Positions 24,446-34,400 of a DNA stretch of 35,212 bases are shown in pieces. The stretch spans positions 1 through 35,212 of the forward strand of contig RBNJ01000257.1 in NCBI GenBank assembly GCA_003990765.1, written 5' to 3'. A model generated the notes under the pieces. The model saw nothing but the letters and a program-made list of their open reading frames with translations, ran no database searches and was not told where the DNA came from. The position numbers and the translations under genes are program-made. The stretch comes from Jimgerdemannia flammicorona (lineage: Eukaryota). The stretch's first letter is position 1. Each line of letters opens with the position of its first letter.

Positions 24446-25540
24446 TTAGGCTGCACCCCAGTTGGTATCTGGTGCGCATGGCTGGCCAATTCCTGCAATG
24501 GTACACATACGGCAAGTCTGTTTACTGCAATTTGCCATACGTCGTAGGATGGAGTTTAACTCGACAAGCTCTTTCTTACGTCCATAAAACGTCGATGTAG
24601 GCGGGATTGGCTCGGGGAAATGTGAAGTTCGGCCGTGGGTTTCCCTGATCATACATGAATGCGACACCATCTTCTGGAAACATGAACGAGTAGAGCACCA
24701 TGGTGCCAAAGAAATAATCACGTTTCCGGACATCGTTGTGGATGTGCGCGCCTTAAACATCTTCATTTCAACCGCGGAGCCGCTGGCAAGGAGCTAGTAG
24801 GACTTGGATTCGAATTTGCGGGCAAGATCGTCAGGCAAGGCGCAGATTTTTGGGTACGATAGTAAGGCGTACGCGTCAACGAATTCGTGTTTGCCAGTTT
24901 CGTCATGTTCGAAGATGAGGGCCTTTGCGCCATTCTTTGACCGGCAGTGACCCATAAAATGAAGCACTGTGGCTGTCTCGGGGTTGCTCATGAGCAACGC
25001 GTCCATTTGGTTGACAGTGGGAGGGAACACGCGTTCCAATATTATCTTTTCGTCATTGTGGGTGTGAAAGTTGATAAATTTCTGAAACTGGTCGCCTAGG
25101 TGCAGATCTGGAAGATCCTTCGAGTCGGGATCGTCTAGCGGGATAACGGGATCCGGTACAACGACGACAGTGCGTAGGGGAAGTTTTGGCAGTTGAAGTT
25201 CCTTTTGATTCTTTTAATTGGAGAACATAAAATGGTGCACCAGATACGAACTTGCTCCCCCACGAATACTTCCAGGGAATAGCATCGAGTTCAGGATTAC
25301 CGTTGAGCTGGAGCAGGACTCGACCAATGGCTGAGGTGCCAATATTTTCTTCAGTCGCTACTGAGTAAGACTGGACTCATCTGTCAAGAAGAGAAGAGAA
25401 ATAATATCTTGCCGTATTTTCTAAGATCCCTGCGTTGAAGACTTCGACGGCTACGGGTCGCTTCTTTTGGCATTCTTGAAGATCGAAGGAGGGACTCAAT
25501 GAATTCGGCATGTGCATCGCCGGAGACGAAACCCCTTACA
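24446..25540 (-). pseudogene. Decayed CHAT (caspase-like protease) + NB-ARC/STAND NTPase gene (NLR-like), truncated at Walker A
   Basis: Collinear motifs across frameshifts and stops: DLRKYGKILF; RVLLQLNGNPELDAIPWKY; PLRTVVVVPDP; LERVFPPT; VLHFMGH (His codon 24949-24947); ALIFEHDETG; LPDDLARKFESKSY*LLASG; DYFFGTMVLY; then PPTSTFYGRKKELVELNSIL...CTIAGIG. Confidence 0.75.
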
Positions 25541-25822
25541 TGTAATTATTTTGATTTCGCCGGAGTTGGCACGCTTGGTGCACTTGGATAAAGATATACG
25601 CATGTTTGATAAGGATGTATTCTTGTTCTTAGGTCGCCACTGTATGGACCTTCGATCAGGGTTTTACTGCGCTCCAATCTTTTTCTATGCGAGGCGGTAT
25701 AGTTGACCCCAGAGCCCAGGTTTGGCTTCAGCGGAGGCTGCTACCCCTTTTGGTTAGCCAACGTATATACATTCACCCGGTACGTCACCTTCCCCCACGC
25801 AAATTCAACATACGCCTTCACC

Positions 25823-26843
25823 ATGTATCGCTCCTTAAGACCTCTCGCCGCCCGCCTCTCCCCTGCCTCACGCGTCGCCACCTTCCAGCCCGTGCCCACT
25901 CCAAAGGCGTTCTACACCACTGCTGGAGGACGCGTCCGGTTCGCCGTCGCCGAAACTAATAAGCGAACAGGTAATGGCCAGAAGGGAATTGGTTTCCGTC
26001 CGCCGCTCACATTTCAAACTTCCTTACCTAATCCTGTCGCTGTTGAAACTACAAACACATCTCTTAGTTCTCCTCACCCAGACCACACATTACGCCCGTC
26101 CCGCTCTCCTTACCTCCCTTGCCCGTGCCGGTCCTGTCGCTACCTTCGGCGCCACCACGGCGCTCTTTACTGCCGCACGCACAACCTACTGCAACCCTGC
26201 CGTGTGCGAAGGTAACGTATCGAGAATTAAAAAACCCACTCTCGCTCATCTTTCTCCATCATATCCGTCGCACTGATATTCTCACGTCAATACAACAGCT
26301 GCGCCACCACTGCCGTCTTCCTCGCAACCACAGCCGCTCGTACGCAAGGGCGAGTTGACCTTTGGCGCCTCTCTGGGCTTCTGCACGGGCTATCTCGTCA
26401 AGAAGATCGGCCGCGCCTTCGCCCTCATCGTCGGCGTCGGGTTTCTGTTCTTACAGGTGTGTGTGTGTCGTGTCATGTGGACAAACTTCGGTTGGGGTTT
26501 CAGGTTTCGTTCGGTTTACGGAGTTATGGGCACGGGCACGTTTTCTTGGGAAGGGTACTACCTTGATGACGTATATACCCATTTGTGTACGAATTCGGAA
26601 CGACGCTGACATGAGGTTGAAATCTGCCACTTCTAGTACCTCTCCGCCAAAGGGTATGTGACCGTGCACTGGGAACGCATGGCGAGCCATTACCGCCGCC
26701 AGCTCGATCACGACCGCGACGGTCGCGTCACCGCAAGCGACTGGCGCACGAGCCTGGCCATCCTGTTAGATTTGTTGACGGCCAACATTCAGTTTAAGAG
26801 CACCTTCGTAGGGGGGTTTTATCTCGGGGCGAGGTATGGGTAG
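25823..26843 (+). CDS. FUN14: FUN14-family mitochondrial outer-membrane protein (four exons)
   Basis: ELTFGASLGFCTGYLVKKIGRAFALIVGVGFLFLQ|YLSAKGYVTVHW...FVGGFYLG is the FUN14 signature. Exons 26082..26211, 26299..26456 and 26637..26843 splice in frame with GT-AG. Exon 1 starts at 25823 with an Arg/Ser/Ala-rich presequence-like peptide; its donor is uncertain (25933/25934 keeps frame). Confidence 0.9.
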
Positions 26844-27607
26844 AGCAGCCGGGTAGAGCTCAGCGCTGAGGCTCTGGGAGGAGGCGGAGTTCGGTCAGGG
26901 TCGCGGGTACGAAATGAAGGTTGGGTTGGCATATCCGGTAATAGTTGTAGAGAATTGTCGATCGAGGCAGCAAATAGGGTGCACGGTGCGAAAGTTTTAT
27001 GCGTTCGATGTCGAAAAATAATATTTCCTGCTTTTGCGGTTGATCACCGTCAGAAATCATATCAAAGATTTGGGTTGTTTCGTCCACACGTGGCAGGTAG
27101 AAATGATAGGGCGGCCAAAAAAATATGTCCGTGATGGGTTGTGCGACCAACCTGTCGTCTCCTGACCGCCCGCATCAGTTTTGTCGTAAAAACGGCGAAA
27201 ACGGCAGAGACCATGCCTTAAACTACGATGGCATGTCTTCCCCCACCAATAGCGTCTCGCTCACTCACGCCGAAATTGCCTCATCTCAAATGGAAACGAG
27301 CTCTCATACTTCCCACGAGTTGACGAAAGGTACATAGGACGTTGGGGGCGACGCGTTCGTATCCCCCCTTAAAGTCTAACCCGAGGTGCAACAAAGTGTT
27401 GCGCATATAGTTTCGCATTTGACGTCCAAAGGTATTTGTGAGGTCCCTCGGGTGATGGCTATTATCAGATCGGCAAAGTCCATCCCGTTATAAGCCAGTC
27501 CCATGCGTCATCTCCGTGGCCTGTGCGCCAGGTTGATGCTTGTTTTATTTTTATTTTTATTTTTTATTTTTTTATCTTTCTTTCCTTCACCAGAGCATCG
27601 AACCATC

Positions 27608-27645
<38 letters not shown>

Positions 27646-28336
27646 CTTTTTTGTTTTTTTTTTTTTTTTTTTTTTTCACAAGTGCTGAGGCACTTTATTA
27701 TCTATACATTTCTATATACATCAGAAAGACCTCTTGCCACAACAGCAGCAAAGCAAGCATATGACAGAGATCCAGACCAGGACCAAGAGCCCAAATCCAG
27801 GGCTCTAGCCAATATCTTCCTTCCACCTTACTCCTTGAAAATCCAGCACTAGCTGGCTCTGGCTTCCCAATATAATCTCATTTATCTTCCTCAAAGTATC
27901 CATTTGATTCTGCTTCCCCTGGAACTACCACCTTTGTGCCACTTCCTTAACTAACTACTGCTATCTGTTAATCAACTTCCCAACATCCATCTACTACTTT
28001 CCATCAAAAACTCATCACCAGTAGATAGCCATCAGTACTCAAATATTGAGGATCTGTCTAATATCTCTCTACAAATTGCCAATCTCCCCCACCAACCTCC
28101 TTTTGATTACTAACCTAGTAATTTCACCTATCCTTCTATCACTAGAATCTCAATATATCTCTAGGCTTTGTTAATAATCTTCTATATCTAGACAATTAGT
28201 CAAAATATGTTCTGGAATCTGTATCTCTCCTCTCTGTAGTTCTGTATACCATTTACAATCATAATATTCTTCACTATCTATCTAGTCAGTTCTATACTCT
28301 AGTATTATATTTTATCTTAAAAATCTCCACTATACT

Positions 28337-28692
28337 TAGTGCTCCCAAATAAGTTGAATCAAATTGGGGATTTTTCAATTTGAATCAAATTGAGGGTCTG
28401 ATTCGAACCCTAATTTTCCAAATACAATAACTCAACATAAACTCATCCAAATCTAACATACTTTAGCTTGTTAGAATCACATTAATACGGTGAATCTAAC
28501 AAGCTAAAATATGTTAAATTTAGATGAGTTTTCGTCGAGTTATTACATTTTGAAAATTAAGGTTTGAATCAAACTTCAAATCGAATTGGACCTTTGATTT
28601 GATTTAAATCAAATTGAATTGGACCCTTGATTCAATTGAATTGAATCGAGTTTGGGCCAAATTTGATTTGATTCGATTTGTTGGGAGCACTA
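28337..28692. mobile_element. 356-bp hAT-type MITE with foldback structure, nested in the LINE
   Basis: Perfect 12-bp TIR TAGTGCTCCCAA/TTGGGAGCACTA with further subterminal similarity; 8-bp TSD ACTATACT (28329-28336) / ACCATACT (28693-28700); long internal inverted repeat centred at ~28485. Confidence 0.9.
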
Positions 28693-31267
28693 ACCATACT
28701 ACTCAATACTTAGGAGATACTACTCTGCACAAAATATCAGTCCAACTTTACACTTTTTCCCACTCTCAAGTCTTGCTAATCCCAGTCTTCTGCCAATCTA
28801 TTAACTACTGCTCTAGAGATCCTACTTATATTCACTCTATAGCCTTTTCTAACAAATACTCTTCTAAGCTTTTATCTCTTATTTAGAGCAACTTTAGCTT
28901 TTATCACTTTTTTTTAAAATCCTCATAATCCTCTACTTTTAGCTTATCTAGTCTTATATTCAACTATACCTCTACTATATATCACCAAAATCCTCTGTAC
29001 CATAATCTACTCATACTTCTCATCTGAAGTAGACTTCCCAAATTTCTTTACTCTATCTTATAGAGATAGAACCTAATCTCCCAATTATCCATAGCTAGTC
29101 TGCCTTACTTCTTCTCTCCCAAGTCTACTAACTTTCACCCCCACTATTCTCTCAAGATCTTGAGATACTGCTAAAAGTCTAATAATCTTAAACTACTATC
29201 TACTATCTATAATACTATTATCTCTCAACTAATCTATAGCTACTTCTCTCTCTACAACTATTCTTCAATAACTTTCTTCAATCTCCTCACTATCTATCTA
29301 GGAAAGTCTAGATAATAACCCAGATACTATAGCTTTAGCAGTCAGTAAATATTCAAAACTACCACCCTATCTACTAAAGAGAAATTTCTCTCTAACTATT
29401 TCATCAAAGCCTTTTCTTATTTTAATACTATTTCTCTCTACTACTTTATAGACAAAACTGTCTTATAGACTAAAAACCAGATCTCTAGATATCAAACTAT
29501 CTCTCCAATAACTACTATATATCCAAATCTCTCTATCTCTCTTAAACTAGCTCCAATCTCTATTATCTTATATTTTTCCCAATTTAGCTTTGCTCCTACT
29601 ATCTTCTCATACCTTTTAACTCTATCTCCACATCTTCCTTATAGCTCAAATCAATCACTATATTATCTATAAAGCCCCCACCTTCTAAACCACCTTTTCT
29701 ATCTTTAGTTCAGTCAGATGTTCTCTCAATTAATTCAGTAATAGTTCTAAGAACAAAATATATATAAGGGGGGAAAGTATATTTCCCTATAGTATACCTT
29801 TCTCTAATATAAACTCTGATTTACTCTAATTATTCATCAGTATAGCTACTTAATAACTTTATATCAGACTTATCATCCTCCTCATCTTGTCAAGATCAAA
29901 CCCAATTCTTCTCAATACTCATTCCAAATAGTTCCACCTCACTCTGTCATAAGTCTTCTCCTAATTTTTAAAAAAAAACCATCTATCTATCTACTTGATG
30001 ACTCCTGTAATCCTCTAATATATTCTATATCCAGGCAGTACTACTTCTCTTTACAAACTCATACTACTTCTCTCTCATTAGTCTGTCAATCCACTGCTAC
30101 ATCTTTGCTGCTAAAGATCTTTATAACTAACTTTCTATTAACATTCAACAGTATAATTAATCTCTAATTATACTATATTCTCCTATATATCTTCTTTCTT
30201 CTTATAGATTAGAGAAATCAATCCTAAGAAGCTATTATTAATCTAGCAGCTCTCTTTCAAAATATAGTTCACTATCTTTATTAATCAATCATTAAACTTT
30301 ATCTAAAACTTCTTCTAAAATTTCCATAGCAGTCCATTCTTTTCTAGTAAAGATCCAGTCTATATCTTTCTCAAAACTTCAAGTATATATACTTCCTCTA
30401 AGAATATCTTCTTTATAACTATACTGTCTATTTTCTATATCTCTACAATTTGTTAATTCTCCAACAGACTCTCCCTTTTAACTCCAATCTCTCTGCTCTC
30501 CTCATATATCTCTCTATTCTACCAGAGAGCCTGTTACTGTTCAGAAACCTCCCCTAATATCTCTTCAATCTCAGAGACCTCAACTTTATTATTCTGTAAT
30601 ACTAATACTTAACTCTACCTTACCTATCTAATTTTCAGAACTTCAGACAAAATTTAGTATATAAGTCTCTCTCCTTTCTCTAACTACTGAACTCTCAATC
30701 TTACTAGCAATCTATCTACTACTCTATCCTCTGCCACTCTTAATTCTGACTATAGATCCTTCACTTCTACAGTCAGTTTTCTTAGCTCCTCTACTATTAA
30801 CTCTTTCTTCTTAAGCTTTATCAGCCATCATTGCAGTCTCTTTTCCAGCCTCCTCTCTCTATCTTATTGTTTTTTATTTATCACTTCTCCTATACCCCTC
30901 TAGAAGACTCCTGTCAAGTATTTATATCAATCTCACCATTTTACTACAGACTGTCCATCTATTTTTCACTTTGTTACATCTTGATAAATAACTCTAACAA
31001 ATCTCTCTCTCTCTATCTATCTCTGAAACAATACAATATACAAGTACCAGTACTCTCTACTACCTCTTGATACCAGAAACTGACTCTATACCTCTACCCT
31101 TCAGTAGTGAGACTAGGAATATCATCTCATCTCTATAGTATTTAACATATTCTTCCAATACTCTACCACTAATATCTAGTCAATTTTTGTCTCTATCAGA
31201 ACATCTCCAACTAAGTATTATTTAGTAAAATATCTAGATACCTCTCTTATTTATGTCTAATTCTATC

Positions 31268-32450
31268 TTTTTTTTTTTTTGTTTAACAGACTCTATATCC
31301 CGTGGAATTTTATTGGAAGGGAACCTAGACTGTATAGGCCAAAACCCTCCCCCACCACCCACCAAGCACTGCTCCCCCATTAACCTAGGCTAGCTATTGT
31401 CCAGCAGCTTGACCATGCCAGGTGCAGCAGGGCAAATAAGCCTGCACCTTGTTCTGCACACCAAGCTCTCTCTACCACCAGGGGAAACCCAGCCATATGC
31501 CAATAACCGAAAGCGCACACCCGAGAACCCAACATATGTACAAGGCCATGCCCGAGCTAAATAGAATAGCCCCTGCCACCCCAAAGAGAATGACAGGCAA
31601 AGAAAAAACCCTCATCAAAGCACAACATGGTGGGTAGGGCCTGGTTCTCCCAGTCGAGGTGAGTAAAGAACTTACATGTGAGGTGGGAGGAAACCCCCAA
31701 CCCCACTACTCAAGCCTGCGGGCCTCGATCATGTTGCCATATCAGCTCCTAGTTCCAGTTGAGTGTAGCCAAGATGCCTGAAATGGGTAGCCTCAGGCCC
31801 CCCGACCCCCCCTGATGACTGGGGCCTCACCCCACTACCCACCAAAAGAAGCCGAAAGTGACACCTACCACCTAACCGCGCCACACCAATCAAAAGGCCC
31901 CACCAAAGCAGCACCTGCCCCAGCCCTGATGACCGCCCCCAGCCTGGCACCCTACTGGTCCACCGTTATCGCCCTTCCTCCTATCTATGACGGCCATCTC
32001 CCCTCCCAACCCGATAACACCCGAAAAGCAGTCACCTATGCCAGAACCACACTCACTGGGAAGCTCACCAAGCCAGAGGGCCCCACCACAGGCACCAAAG
32101 ACCTGCAGGTAACCTACACTGGGCACTTGATGCCCAAGGTCGGCCGACTCCCTACGTAGCCCGAGACACACCAAGACAACTCCTTGTTGGCAACGGCAAA
32201 AGGAAGAAAGCACCGCACCAAAATGGGTACATCCCAGATGCAGCTGAAGGCACCAGAATCTGCGAAAAAGTGGAGGAAGCACCAATCTGACACCGATAAA
32301 GGGACAACTCATCACCATTACCCTCCTCCCACCATGCCCCTGCAGGCACAGCAAACCAACCCGAGGTAGAGGGGGTAATATTAGAGGAAAGGGGACTCAG
32401 AAGGTCACCTACCAAACCTTGTGACCAGTAAGGTAGCAGAGAAAGGAGCG
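31268..32450 (-). mobile_element. 1.18-kb polyadenylated non-LTR retroposon (non-autonomous element or 5'-truncated LINE 3' end) nested in the LINE
   Basis: T13 at 31268-31280, AATAAA at 31314-31309, 16-bp TSD TATGTCTAATTCTATC (31252-31267) / TATACCTAATTCTATC (32451-32466); abrupt switch to GC-rich, CpG-containing sequence. Confidence 0.88.
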
Positions 32451-32999
32451 TATACCTAATTCTATCTATTAGCTCTATTTATTTCTCAATCTACAGTCAT
32501 CTTGACAGACTCAGAGAGACTATTACCCTAACTTTTTTATCAGAATGATTCAGCCTCCTGTCTTACACTATGTTAAAATTTTCCCCAACAATGTCCAGTT
32601 CTACCTCCTTCTATCTTTTCATACTATCTACTCTTTTATATATTACTTTTGCTCTCTGCCAACTACCAGAAGATAGACAGAGCCCACAACTAGCCCATTA
32701 CTAATCTTCTCTTTCAATTGCCCTCATATAAAATGTTCACTATAGATAGCCACCTCTATTAGTTCTCTCTGTTCAACTCTAATCAAAATTCTAACCTATC
32801 TATTCTACTCTGTACCTCTAAATCATTCCTTGCTTCACTTCTCCTAATCCTACTTATCATATATCCAGACATCCTAAATAAGTACTACATCATACTTTTG
32901 TATCTTTAGTTACTAGAATAAATATCATCTCTTCACTCTATCTCTCAGATTATTGACATTAAGTAATAAAATGCTGAGATCTTTTATAATATATTAATG

Positions 33000-34400
33000 G
33001 AGAATTAAAGTACTCTAACTACTACTACTACTCTTTCAGCTTTCTCCAGATGATATTCTGTCATTTCTTACAGATTATTCTCCAGATATATTTGCTACTC
33101 TTACTACTATAAAACTCATCTATATACTTTACACCACTCTTCTGATATTAGCTATCTGAGCTTTATCTACTTTATATTCAAGAGTACTATTACTATAGCT
33201 ATCACCAGCTTTTATCTCTGAAGTACAATATTAAGGAGCCCAGTCCAATCTTCTTAAGACTCACTAAACACATCTATCTCCTGAATATCCTTCTCTACTA
33301 GCTCTTTCAGAACTATCTTAAATTAGTCTATCTCTGAGAACTCTCTGAACTTATACATATATAGAGGGTCTTGGAGTCCTGATCAGCTTCTGAAGCATTT
33401 CTCTTTAGTCAAAATATCAGATGCTATTTCTATCAATTTATTCTCCTTAGTAGCCTTCTCTAACTATACTCTCTTATCTATCTTTGAGCACTCTCAATAT
33501 ATATTTACTATCTCAGCTATATAAATATCCTCTATCTATATTTTAAACACCATCTATATAGCCTCCTCAAATCCACCCTGCTCCACCTCCTCTTTGTTAG
33601 CTCATTTCTCCATAACTGGTGCATATTGTATATCTTTCACTTTTTTAAGCTGAGCAAATAACATCTCTGCTACCTCTATACTCTCTATCTGATTGCTTTT
33701 CACTACTACTCTCTCAGCTATCTTCTCTTCCATTTCTTACAATATATACTATCTACAGATATTTTCAGCCTTATCTCCTCTATCTCTTCTTCTTCTCATC
33801 TACTAGAACTCATATCTAATTCTTGATAAATTTCTCTATCTCTTCTGATATATCTTCTTAGCTGCTCTCCTTTCTTCTAGAGTCATCATCAGTTTACTCT
33901 CCTTTTGCTTCATTCTCTTTCTCCTCTACACCTTATACTTCTGCCCTATAATATAAATTATCTCCAGCTAATCCTTCTCTAAGTTAGTCACTTCTCTCTC
34001 TTCTAGCCTTACTATCACCTTATAGTTTCCATTCCTTAGCTTAGTGATCTCTTAGAATATAAAGCTGAAGTCTACTATCTTACTATATTACTTCAAAGTC
34101 TCTACTACTATTTCTTTTATCTCTTGTATCTTTAGTATTGATACTTCTTCTACTACCAATCTCACAGCTCTGAGATCTCACTACAAATATCTTACTATTT
34201 CAATCCTGACTCCTCTAACTATCAATCTTTTGTCAATAGTAGTCATCATTATCTCCTCCTCTATAAAGCCAATATTGACCATCTCTATTAACAGAATAAA
34301 CTTTAGAGACTTAACTCTTATAAGCTAATTAACTATAGTATTTCTCTGGCTAATATCTCAAGATCTAAAAAGTTAGCTGAGATTGCCTATATCAATACTG
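33000..34400 (-). pseudogene. LINE ORF1 relic (approximate limits)
   Basis: Purine-rich, Glu/Lys/Arg-coding relic just upstream of ORF2, with TLK*YSKIVDFSFIF..TKLRNGNYKVIVRL resembling the L1/Tx1 ORF1 RRM-like region. Confidence 0.6.

Larger units (their letters stand above)
27805..32987 (-). pseudogene. LINE ORF2 relic (APE endonuclease - reverse transcriptase - CCHC zinc knuckle), interrupted by two insertions
   Basis: EN start KDLSILLLNVNNLRDRVKR*YLF..LKIQKYDVVLI* (~32987-32870). RT *EKTYDRVRWNYL, KGIL*GNILSPLIYIL and GAFIDN (mutated QEKAYDRV, QGD.LSP, FADD; ~29965-29655). CKWY..EHILTNC (~28260-28195). About 3.6 kb after removing inserts, i.e. full-length ORF2 size. Confidence 0.85.

Noticed and set aside
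27503..27852. Phe-rich ORFs
   Set aside because: Translation of the LINE poly(T) tract.
31390..32415. ORFs inside the nested retroposon
   Set aside because: Expected by chance in GC-rich skewed DNA; no domain recognised.
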